Shown: in pieces, positions 37,744 through 49,133 of the stretch
Numbering within the stretch: position 1 is the first letter of the stretch
How the letters are laid out: each line of letters starts with the position of its first letter
Assembly: GCF_009834535.1 (NCBI RefSeq)
Contig: NC_045723.1
Span: 1,364,001 to 1,428,000, forward strand
Reading direction: 5' to 3'
From: Camelus ferus
Lineage: Eukaryota
Length of the DNA stretch: 64,000 bases
Notes under the pieces: generated by a model
The model's database searches: none
Seen by the model: only the letters and a program-made list of their open reading frames with translations
What the model was told of the DNA's origin: nothing
Program-made: the position numbers and the translations under genes

Positions 37744-38160
37744 TCCCCTAAGTTCATGACTGCTTTTATTCCCTCCAGTCATCTCTTTTTATTAACAAAA
37801 AACTTTTAATGTTACTGCCTTCTGTATTGGAGAAAGGACATCCTTTATGTGCAGAAACTGGCAGGAGAAAATATATGTACTTGTTCTTTATAGTTTTATC
37901 AAGTAATAATTATTTTACCTATAATGTAAATTCACTTATGGCATTAACATATAAAGAGATAGTTAATATGCATTTTTAAGATTTTTTTTCATTGTGGTAA
38001 CATATAATATAAGTTTTTCATAGTAATCATTTTTAGGTGTACAGTTCAGTGGCCTTAAATACATTCACACTGTTGTTCAACTATCGCCACTAACCATATC
38101 CAGAACTTTTTCATCATTCCACAGTGAAATTCTGTCCCCATTAAATAATAATTATTGTTT
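37744..38160 (-). mobile_element. 417-bp retroposed insertion: L1MB-like 3' end plus about 230 bp of non-repeat sequence
   Basis: 17-bp TSD aatgatataatatcttt at 37727-37743 and 38161-38177; minus-strand AATAAA at 37770-37765. Confidence 0.75.
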
Positions 38161-38260
38161 AATGATATAATATCTTTAAATTGCTGGGGGAAAAAACCCT
38201 GTCAACTTAGAATTTTAAACCTAGCAAAAATATCCTTCAATAATAAAGGTAAAATAGAAA

Positions 38261-39787
38261 GTTTGGTCAAGATGGTGACATAGGAGGCTACTCTTTTCTT
38301 CCTGTGGACACACCAAATGTACAGCTATCCAAAGGGCAATTACATCTGAAAGAAATAGAGAACCTATCTGAGAGACTCCTACACATCAGGCAAATGGGAA
38401 AATACCAACAATGAAATGGGTAAGAAATGCTGACACACTCCTGCCATATTACCCACCTCCCCAACCATACAATCAGGTGGGAATTCCAAGCTTCTGGCTT
38501 CTCCCTGAAGAGAGAAGTGTTTGAACGCCACACTTAGCACCTCAACTTTTAAGACTCCCACCCCAGGGACAGATACCCAAAGCATCTAGCTCTCAAAACA
38601 ATTGTGTCCGTGGGACCCATAAGACTATAGCAAACAAAGAAGTTGTTATAAGGCACACAAGCATTCATGATGGCTGTTCCCCCAGGACTCAGCACTGTTG
38701 GAGCAGTGAAAATCACCCATCTCAGTCTTTCCCTAAAGAGGTCCATCTGCAAATTCTGAAAGCTGTTACCTCAGGGTCAGGCTTCTAATCTGGCATACAT
38801 CAACTGTAAGTTCCAGCTAGAGAAATTAGGCAAGAAAAATAAATAAAAGACATATAAATTGGAAAGAAAGGAGTAAAACTGTTTCTAGTTGCAGATGACA
38901 TGATCTTACATACAGAAAACCCTAAAGACTCTACCAAAGACTATTAGAAATAATAAACAAATACAGTAAATTTTCAAGGTGCAAAATCAACATACAAAAT
39001 TCTGTTGCATTTCTATGTGTTTACAATAAACTAGCAGAAAGAGAAATTACAAAAACAATCCCACTTACAATCACAATTAAAAGAATAAAATACCTATAAA
39101 TAAATTTAACCAAGACGTTGAAGGTCTTGTACACTGAAAACTACAAGACATTATTGAAAGAAATTGAAGAAGACACAATAAATGGAAAGATATACTGTGC
39201 CCATGCATTGGAAGAATTAACTTGTTAAAATGTCCATATTACCTAAAGTAATCTACAGATTCAATGCAATTCCTATCAAAATCCCAAGGACTTTTTTTCC
39301 CACAGAAATAGAACAACAACAACAAAAAACTAAAATGTATAAGGAACTACAAACGATAAAGCAATTCTGAGAAAAATGAGCAAAGCTGGAGATATCACAC
39401 ACCCTGATTTCAAACTACATTACAAAGCCATTGTAATCAAAACAGTATGGTATTAGCAGAAAAACAGAAAAATACAACTGTTGAAGAGAAATTAGATCCT
39501 AGAAATAAACCCACATGTATGTGGACAATTAATTTATGACAAAGAAGCAAAGAATACCCAATGGAGAAAGGATAGTTTCTTTAATAAATGATGTTTGGGA
39601 AAACTGGACAGCCACGTACAAAGAGAAGAAACTAGAACCTTATCTCACATCATACACAAAAATCAACTGAAAACACACTAAAGGGATGAATATAAGACTT
39701 GAGACCATAGAACTCGTAAAAGAAAACAGACAGTATGCCTTTGACTTTGGTCTTAGCAATATTTTTCTGTATATGTCTTCTCAAGCA
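38261..39787 (+). mobile_element. Younger L1 piece: 5'UTR (about 38261-38800) joined directly to the RT region of ORF2
   Basis: ggtcaagatggtgac L1 5' start; KLFLVADDMILHTENP (ADDM at 38891-38902) matches the L1 RT FADD motif. Confidence 0.8.
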
Positions 39788-41827
39788 AAAATCATCATTA
39801 GAGATTAAGAGGGACACATCATCTTTTTTACAAAGTCAATTCACCAGGATGACATAACTATGCTAAATTTGTATGCACCTAATAAATATGACCTCAAATA
39901 TATAAAGCAAAACTTGAATTATAAGAAGAAATAAATAAATTCTTAATTATAGTGGGAAATGTTAACATATCTCTTAGATATAATTAAACAACAGACAAAA
40001 TATCAGTAAGGATAAAGAGCTTTGAACAATAATCTTGAAAATCATGACTACATATATGTATATACATATATAGTTACAAAATTGATCATACATAGGACAA
40101 GAGAGTAAGTCTCAAAATTTTTCAAAAGAGCAAAATGACACAGTATTTTCTGCAACGACAGTGCAATTGAACTACAAGCCAACTTCAAAAGGATAACTAG
40201 ATAATACCATATGTTTGGGAATAAAGAAATATGCTTCTAAAAATGCCTAATATGTCAAAGAAGGAATCAAAATGGAAATTAGAAAATATTTTGAACTAAA
40301 TCATAATGAAAAGTCCATACATCAGAACTCACAAAATGCAGCTGAAGTTATGCTTAGACAAAAACCTGTAGCACTAAATACATATATTTGAAAAGAAGGA
40401 AGGCCAAATATCAATGAACCAAACATCCAGCTCAAGAAATTAGGAGGAAAACAGCAAATCAAAATCAAAAAATTAGAAGGAAGAAACTGATGAAGATAAG
40501 AGCAGAAATGAATGAAGTGGAAAATAGACAATAGTAAGAAGCAAGAGAGACAAAGGGCAGTTCTTTGAAAGTACTAATAAAATTGATAAAGTTCTGTTGA
40601 GATTGATTTTAAAAACAGAGAGGTAAAGAAGCCATAAATATGCCATGTAAGGAATGAAGGGGGGAGTAACTACAGATCCTACAGCTACTAAGAAGATAGT
40701 AAGTAAACAGCATGACTTAGGCAATCAACCTGAAAATTCTCATGACTTGGATGCTTTTTTAGAAGAACACAACTTACCAAAATTGACAGAAGGTAGACTT
40801 AAAGCTATTAAAAATCAAATCCATAATTAAAATTTTTCCTTCAAAGAAAACGCTAGGCTCAGATGACTTTCCTGGCGAATGCCACTAAATTCTTAAAGAA
40901 GAAATCATTCTAAGATTACACAGACTCTCCCAGAGAATGAAAAGAAAGAGAGTTAAGTGTTCCCAATTCATTTTCAAAGGCTTTCAAAGCAAAAGCTAAC
41001 AAGGTCACTTGAAAATAAGAAAATTCTACTCACGCATTCACGACCTTTTGTGCAGAAATTCCCCTCCCCCACCAAAAAAGAGCTCATTGAATCTATAGAA
41101 TGTAACATGTCACTGCTGAGTTGTGTTTATTTCATGACTACAAGGCTGGTTTGACTTTTGAATATTAATCAATGTAATTCACTACATTAATCATTAAAGA
41201 AAAAAAAGGAGTCAAATAGAATCATCTCAACAAGTCATAGAGGACATTTTACAAAATTTAGCTACAATTCATGATTTCAATAAATAACAACAAAAACAAA
41301 TAGCTGTGAGGTTAAAAAACTAGGAATAGATGGAAAATTCCTTAACCTGATAAAGGATCTACCAAAAAATGCCTAGTTTTGAAATCAGGAATAAGACAAG
41401 AATGCCCACCATTACTGCCTCTACTCAGCATTGTAGTTAAAGTTCTAGCTGGTTTAAGAAAAGAAATAAAAGTGTAAAGATTGCAGAGGATGTGAAAAAG
41501 CAGTCCTCAATCACATGATGATACTATTGAATTATTGTGTATATAGGAAATAAAAATAAAGCTACAGAGAAATTATTAGAATGAATAGGTTAGTTTACCC
41601 AAACACCTAGAGGGAAAAAAAAAATCTAACAAATGACATGTAAGATCTCTATGCACAAGAATATGAAACATTATTGATATCATTAAAGGGAAAGCTAAAT
41701 AAACAGAGACATAGCATATTCAGCTATCAGAATACTCAGTATCATGGATGTATTTATTAGTTCTCCAAACATCTACACATTCAAAGCAATTTCTTTCAAA
41801 ATGCTGAGAGGTTTTTTTGTGCATGCA

Positions 41828-41855
41828 TGTGTGTGTGTGTGTGTGTGTGTGTGTG
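41828..41855. repeat. (TG)14 microsatellite
   Basis: Direct reading. Confidence 0.97.
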
Positions 41856-42611
41856 GTTTGACAAGCTGATTCTAAAGTGATAATGAAAAACAAAAGACTA
41901 GGAATAGATTATCTTAAAGAAGAACAAGGTGGAAGTAGCTGTCTCTACCAGCCGTCAAAGTTTATTATAAAGCTACAGTTATGAAATGTTGGGACTAACG
42001 CAAGGAGAGACAAATAGATCTATGGAAATGACAGGGTTGCCAAAGAAAAGGACTTGGACCAGGACCCGAAGACACATTTAACTTTGATCACTTGTGTGAC
42101 GGCCTCCCCTGAGCCAGAGGTTCCTCTAACTCACTGTACACCAATCACATCACAATCTTGGTGGGGTTGAGGGGGCGGGGGGCAGTAGGCAAATGGAAGT
42201 TTTTCCCTAGGTAATTCTAATCTGCAGCTAGATTTGAAAACCACCTCCCCCAAAACACACACACACCTCTTTCTCCCTAAGCTTGGATGAGCAATGCAGT
42301 TTCTTATTTAAAATTCATTAGGAGAATGGAGAATGTGATTATATCATATCACAAAAATGTTGAAATCCCATTTAAATTTTCTGTCTTTCCCCAAAATTTT
42401 ACTCCCTTAAGCTGCAGCCCCTTGCCACCCTTTCCGCCTCCAGCCAACCTCTTCATTTCTTCCTATAATCCTGTTAGTATTATAATTTTATTTTTTAGAA
42501 CCATTTTCCCCTTTCCTTAGTTTCCCTAACCTACATCTCTATCATCACCTTGCTTAGAAAACAAAAAGTCTTTTCGAGGACTCACTCTTATAAATTGAAA
42601 GTACTTTTTTA

Positions 42612-42612
<1 letters not shown>

Positions 42613-42652
<40 letters not shown>

Positions 42653-43031
42653 ATTGAAGTATAGTCAATTAACAATGTTTTGTCAGTTTCTGGTGTACAG
42701 CATAATGCTTCAGTCATACGTGAACATACATATATTCATTTTCATATTCTTTTTCACCATAAGTTACTATAAGATATTGAATATAGTTCCCTGTGCTATA
42801 CAGTATGAACTTTCTGTTTATCTGTTTTATATGTGTTAGTTAGCAGCTGCAAATCTCAAACTCCCAATTTATCCCTTCCCACCCTCTTCCCCACCGGTAA
42901 CCGTAAGTTTGTTTTCTATGTCTGTGAGTCTGTTTCTGTTTTGTGAATAAGTTCGTTTGTCTTTTTTTTCAGATTCCACTATAAGTGACATCATATGGTA
43001 TTTTTCTCTCTCTTTCTGGCTTACTTCACTA
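42613..43031 (-). mobile_element. Young L1 3'UTR whose tail has become a (TA)n microsatellite (about 42620-42648)
   Basis: ttttattgaagtatagtc...aaatctcaaactcccaatttatcccttcccaccc...ttacttcact; approximate TSD aa(g)tacttt. Confidence 0.88.
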
Positions 43032-43255
43032 AATACTTTAATGTTTTCCCCATCACATACTGCTGTGCGTGGCGTGGACTGTCTTCCCCTGTGTGTATTT
43101 TCACTACGATCAGGTAAAAGAGAACCGTTTCATTTCGGAGTGAACCCAAGTTCAGGCGACTCGCGTGGCGCGGGCTGTGTGGGTGCAGGGCTGAGCTCTG
43201 CGCGCTGCTCAGCCCGCCCTGTGACCACACTCCCCCCGTTAGTGACAAGGTGCTC

Positions 43256-43428
43256 ATAGCTCCGTGGGCTGGGACCTCCACAGTACCACGGGGCCCCACA
43301 CTTAGAAGGGCCCTGCGCTTGGGTTAAGACTCTGCTGTCATCATTTTGGAATTCTTAATAATTTAGCCCCCGAGGGGCCCCCCATTTTCAGTTTGCTCTG
43401 CGCCCTGCAGACGACGCGGGCAGCCCTG
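43256..43428 (+). mobile_element. MER91A-like hAT-Tip100 MITE
   Basis: ggggccccacacttagaagggccctgcgcttgg...gaattcttaataattt...ggggccccccattttcagtttgc matches recalled MER91A consensus. Confidence 0.8.
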
Positions 43429-43539
43429 TGCTGAGGGGAAGGCTGGCCTGACTGTACTACGAGAAGTGCTCTGTGCAAGACTTTCTCTGGTTTCTCAGAA
43501 ACCATTTCCTCTTTTCAGCTCTCAGGGTCCCACTGGGCT

Positions 43540-44200
43540 GAGCAGCTGGGTATTCATTCACCTGCCACTTTACTGAATCTCTGATGTTCATTTCCTGCCC
43601 CGGTGCAGCGTTTTCACAGCAGCCCCGCAGAACCGGCCTCTGCAGTGCCCGGCCCCCATCTCTCACCCTGGTCTCGGCACCATTCCCCTCTCTCCTCACT
43701 CTTTCCGCTCCCACCCTGAACACGCCCCGCTGATGCCTCCAGCCCTCCCCCAAGCAACACGCTGACCACACAGAACTTCTCACGACATGCTCTTCGCCTC
43801 TCTGCTCTGTCATGTGCTTTTCCTTCTGACGGGAATGCTTTTCTATCACTACCACCTCCACCCACTTGGACTGTCATTCCTTTAGGCCCAACCCAGATGC
43901 TAGCGTCTGCCTCAGGCAGGTGCCCTCACCCCCTCCCTCTTGCCCCTACAGCTTTGAAGACACACCTCCGTCATAGCAGGGGACACAGCAGAGCATACAG
44001 ACTTACATCCTCTCCCACCCACCTTACTCTGGGTAAGTCGGTCCTTGATGTGGGATGCGAGTCAGCCATTCTTTCTAGAAAGATCTCCCTGCACTTCCCT
44101 TGTCATAGCACTAATCGGGTTGTAACAATCTCTCCTTACTTCTTAACTCACCACTTGGCATGGACTAGATGCTCCATAATGTTTGTTCAGTGAAGGAAAT
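43540..44200 (+). mobile_element. L2 LINE 3' portion
   Basis: L2 motifs ending cttggcatggactagatgctccataatgtttgttcagtgaag. Confidence 0.65.
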
Positions 44201-45049
44201 ATATCTGAAATGACTTGTGTGCTCATTGAGAGTATCATTTCGGGTCCTGAGCCCAAGACCTGGGCTTGGTTACTATCCCCAGTGACACCGTCCTTGACTT
44301 GAGGTTGTGTTCTTCAGAGGAGGGTGACAGGTGTGAGAATCTGGGCTGCCACTCACTCAGGCCCAAGAGGAAGAATTTCCCTTTATGTTGTAATAAACCT
44401 CGTATTGTTGTCTAGAGAGTGACAGAAAGTAATGCTAAATTCATAAAAATGTAACTGTCTGTGCCAAGTATATAGAATTATGATAAGCATCACAGGAGAG
44501 TTGGAACTTTGGAAAAACACTAGGAACCAGCTCTTGAAAAGAGATGCTTTCTTTGCTGAAGTGGGGGCCCGGCCGAGGCCTGTAGCTTTAATCAGGCCTC
44601 CTCCCTGTCCTCCGTCGCACCCTTCTCCCATGATCCCGGGCTTCTATTTTCCACCTCTCATTCCTGAAGCTTCTTCCTTGAGAGCCAGCAAGGAGGTATC
44701 TCTCTTTGGAGGGGTTCCCTGCCTCCCTGTCCTGTGGTGGCCATTTTCCTTGTTGTGGCTCCAATTGCTTTTTGAAGCTCCTTTCTTCCAAGAAACCGAC
44801 CACCAGCTGGGGGAAGATAAGGTGTCTCTCACTCCTTGTAGCTGTCCACCTGCTCCTTGTAGGAAGCTGACTCTCTCTCTCTCTCTGTAAAGTTATTTCC
44901 AACCAAGCAAGGAATTCTCTCTGCCAAAGATGCCGAAGAAATCACTTGAGCTTGCAAGTCTCAATATATTGAGGACCAGGAGAAGGAGTTCAGAGGAACT
45001 GAGCGCTGAGTGCTTACTGTAACCTAGTGATATGCTAGGAAGTTACAGG

Positions 45050-45285
45050 GAAATCAATTTGGGATTCATAAATATAAAGAAGAATGTTGTTCCAGGCCAA
45101 GCTGAGCTCCATTAAAACTGGAATAGGAAACCTTCTGGGAGCGCGAGGCACCTATCATTAGAAATGTTCGTGCGGAGGCTGAACACGCCAGGGCTAACAT
45201 GGGGTTCCTGCGCCGGGTAGGAGGTTAGCGAGAGAAAGCCTTTATGGTTTCTCCCAACTTTCAAGCTTCGGCAATTTCATTATAG
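45050..45285 (+). mobile_element. L3/CR1 or MIR3 3' remnant
   Basis: atcattagaaatgttcgtgcggaggctgaac...ggggttcctgcgccgggtaggaggttag...cccaactttcaag. Confidence 0.55.
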
Positions 45286-45849
45286 GGTTCTAACCTTGTA
45301 ATCTAGTTTATATTTCAAAATACTGTACTTAATTAGTTGTTTTTCTAAACTCCTTCTGAAGTAAATCAGCTTCATACAGTGGTAATTAGCTTACTGGTAG
45401 AAACAAGGACAGCGTTTGGAACATGCGTATTTTTTTTGTATATGCGGCAAGGATACAAGAAATGCTGACTCTTACTGTTCCTGCGCTATCTGGCAGAAAT
45501 GAGACTTCCTAGTATCCCCCGTGAGGAAGCAACAGTGCCTGAACCGGGTTAATAAATAACATGACAATAAAGAAACAATTATTAATATGGAATATTGAAA
45601 AAATAAAAAAGGCTGGAGCCAGAGTCATCAGTCCTCAGACAACTGAGCCTGGGTTTCTTATTAATTGACCTTCTTACAATTGGAGGGAACCCAGAAGGCA
45701 AGATTATATTTAAGAAAGAAAACATAGGCTTTTCCAAATCACATTATAGTGTTGCTCTTGCTGGGGGCATGTAGTCTGGGACATCTGGTAGACCTGACCA
45801 TATGTGGCCATGTACAGAACACACTGGAGGGAACATGACTTCTCTGTGA

Positions 45850-46320
45850 GTTAGGTATAATGAGCAATACATGATTATACTGGCTTAGCCAAATAGGGTC
45901 TTATTTTGTCCTCCAAAGTCCTGAGCTAGGTAGGCAGTTCAAAGATGGTACAATTATGTGAAGAAACCATTAAGGACAGGGCCTCCTTTTAACTTCAGAT
46001 CTGCCAACTTCAGTGTGTGGGTTTTGCCCTCAAGGTCCAAGATGACTGTACCACGTCGGGTCTTCTACTGCATTCTGCACAGAAAGGAGAAAGTGACCTA
46101 GAGGGGAAATGCTGCCTTTTCTGGGAATGTGAAACTTTCCAAGAAATTCCAGCTGACTTAAGCTTATGTCTCTTTGGCCTGAACTGTGTTACATGCCCAG
46201 TTCTTGCTGTAGTAGAGGCTGGAAAATATGATTATTTAAGTTGGGCTCATCATATCCCCAAACTTAGATTTTGTTAGTAGAGAAGAGGGCAGATAGATAC
46301 GGGGTGGGCAACCAGCAGTG
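45850..46320 (-). mobile_element. MaLR solo LTR (MLT1J/K-like)
   Basis: ggcttagccaaatagggtcttatt, caagatgactg, ggcctgaactgtgttacatgccc...ggctggaaaat motifs. Confidence 0.7.
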
Positions 46321-47169
46321 ATGACATAACATGTTTGTCTCAAGCTTCTGATGATGCAGACCCTGCTCTCTGTCTTTCTTCTATGTCTAGATGGCAGGAC
46401 CTCCACTATGGACTTGAGTTATAGACGTCACTACCTGATAGACTTTGTGAGCATCTTACACTGCTGTCCTTAGCCCGTCGATGCTGAACCATCAAGATAT
46501 AATTATGAAATTTCTCTGTCTTCAGGACATGAGCCATAATTGGTCCACTTGCAACTTCTGGGTCTTCCAGGGGCTTTGTGGGAACCATCAGCTCCACGCG
46601 TGAATATTCTCTGGTGCCAAAGAGAAAAGATTCTGTTGTGACTTCCTTCCCACGTACATTTCCCCTCAGGCCTAAGCTAGGTCTCTTCCTGCTGGATGTG
46701 TTGGTCTGACTGTCCATTAACACTTAACGAAAACAGCAAGCACTCCTGTTTGGAACAGACCAACATCTTGAGATGTGGTGAAGCCAAGGAGGAGGTCCTA
46801 TCTTTAAACAAGAAAAGATTTATGGCTCTTCTGACATCCTCCAGAGATTCCTGCCTGGCAGTGCTCAGGAGGGGTAACTAAAGACAAAACCTTAACATTT
46901 TCGAACTGACAGAAACAAAAAAAGACGTCCATCTCAGTCTTCTCATTTTGCAAGGGAAGACCTGAGACGTGACAGAAGGAGGGCCAACCCTCGGTGTGGG
47001 ACAGCAGCACTCGGGGGCCACACTAGGAGAAGAAAGATTGCACAGAAAGTGGGAGAGGGCTCTCTCCCCTTCTGATGAGGTCTGCATCACATGCATGATT
47101 TAAGCCCCTGCAGGCACGAGAATGTGTCAATGCTGTAGACAATTCCAGCAATAGTCATGGGAGGTGGTG

Positions 47170-47385
47170 GGGTATTGTGGTCGTTAGAACCAATCTCTGA
47201 TCTGCCCCTCTTTGGTTTGTGACACCTATCTCTTCTTTAGTTTACTCACACGTAAAATAAAAAACAATAAAAACGAGATAACATACCTCGTGTGGTTTTA
47301 GGAGGAATAAACAGCGTTGATAGTTACAACAGTACCCAGTACATCATAATACAGAAATGTTCGCTGTCATTATGATGACTTATTT
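47170..47385 (+). mobile_element. MIR SINE
   Basis: gtgacacctatctc...cgtaaaataaaa...acctcgtgtggttttaggaggaataaac. Confidence 0.6.
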
Positions 47386-49039
47386 CCTGTTCTCAGAGGT
47401 TCAGAGTCCTTGAGTCTTGCGTGCTGGCCAGTGCACATCTCAAAGAAGCACAGCTAAGAGCCAGGGGAATATCAAGCTTTAAGTCAGGACGGTTGGTTCT
47501 TGTTACCAGCACCAGGGGAACTTCTCATATCGCAAATGATGAGATTATCCCCCAAGTAGGTCAGCATGGCAGGAAGTACCTGATCTGTGATAGGAATTAC
47601 TTTTCTGATCCACTTTTATGAATCGTCTAGGCCTTTTCTGCCTGCATTGTCATATTCAGTACATGTGCTTTGTTTCTTTCCTTTTTAAAAATTCGGTGAG
47701 CTTCACATACTGGACTATTGTAGCAGATGTGTAAGGAGCAACTCACACCAAACATACATTTGCATGAATTCTTACACTGAATCGACCTTTTTTTTTTTTT
47801 TTCCTAAAGGACTCTTTAATTGGACAATACTTTAATTCTCTAAACAATGTTATGGTAGTTGACCACATTTTGAAATTATCTTTGTCTCGTTTGGTACTTG
47901 AATGGCATGAAAAATTTCCCTCTGCTTCCTTACTCTCTCCCAAGGGTCATTTTCCCCGCTCTTTTCTCTGCCCTGCCTGGCCTCTGACCTGCCCAGCTCT
48001 GCTGTTTCTACAGACTTCTGAATCTAATTAATGTCTTGGTAGCTATATAAGTGAATTATGTAGGCAGGAGGATGCTGGAAACTTTGAGGAAGGTACAGGC
48101 CCTAGGGAAAACATNNNNNNNNNNNNNNNNNNNNNNNNNNNNNNNNNNNNNNNNNNNNNNNNNNNNNNNNNNNNNNNNNNNNNNNNNNNNNNNNNNNNNN
48201 NNNNNNNNNNNNNNNNNNNNNNNNNNNNNNNNNNNNNNNNNNNNNNNNNNNNNNNNNNNNNNNNNNNNNNNNNNNNNNNNNNNNNNNNNNNNNNGAGCAG
48301 AGTAACAGCAAAGTGTAAACCATCAGTAACATTCTTAACACGCGTTGAATGTCTTGCCTGACGAGTAGATATAACCTTAGGAGTATCTCTTTTGCCATCG
48401 CAGCATGGAATCTAGCTGAGGGGACATACAGTCCAAAAATGCCACCATTGCAACTCAGCCTCAGCCACGCAAGTGGGGTTTTGGCACCACTCCTCCCCTC
48501 CACTCCCTTTCCTAGCCAGTTCACCACCATTTGTGGGGAGTATGTCCTTAGATGATCTTGGAAATGACCCTGGTGGAAGGTTCTCAAACTTTCCAGAACG
48601 TGGGCAGGCAAGGGGGAGGGGGCCAGAGTGCTGAAGTTCTCCGCCAGAGGATACTGCCAGAGAGCCCAAGGCAGAGATGGTCCCTATGCCCCGTGTTTCC
48701 ATGGAAACATAGGAGGAGTGATGACAGCCAGCACAGCCATACCATCTGCTCAGGACCTGGTGAACGATGAAAAAAATAGAACAAGAAAGGCACCTCAGAT
48801 CCCAGACTAGAACCGCTCTGAGATAGCAGTGGAGAGGGAAAGGCTGGAAGACACCTGAACTCCTAGGTGGATTAAAACCAAGCTGTCCCGAGGCATGACA
48901 TTTTAGCATGTAATTTGCAAGCAGAAAGCCTAGAGGGCTGATCCCATAATCCCTAGACACAGTTACAAACACCCAAGAAGCGTCAGGTAGGAGAAGCAGA
49001 CTGCATACTGTCCAGGAGAGGAGGGGTAGTGAGAACAGA

Positions 49040-49133
49040 GCCAGCAGGGTAGAGCAGCACGCTTACTGTGCACTAGGTCCTGGGTTCAATCCCCAATACT
49101 TCCCTTAAAAAAGAAAAGAAAAGAAAAGAAAGA
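49040..49133 (+). mobile_element. tRNA-Ala-derived SINE (camelid vic-1-like), degenerate 5' end
   Basis: ggtagagc...aggtcctgggttcaatccccaatacttcc B-box region plus (aaaag)n tail. Confidence 0.8.

Larger units (their letters stand above)
37000..42045 (+). mobile_element. Composite L1 locus: old L1 (ORF1 37000-38260; ORF2 39788-42045) hosting two insertions
   Basis: ORF1 coiled-coil-like A-rich DNA; EN motif (aatttgtatgcacctaataa) at about 39870; degenerate RT and later ORF2 to about 42045. Confidence 0.85.

Noticed and set aside
48102-48972. 169-aa and 186-aa minus-strand ORFs
   Set aside because: The 169-aa ORF is inflated by 60 X from the N gap; neither resembles a gag/pol/env or cellular motif I can recognise
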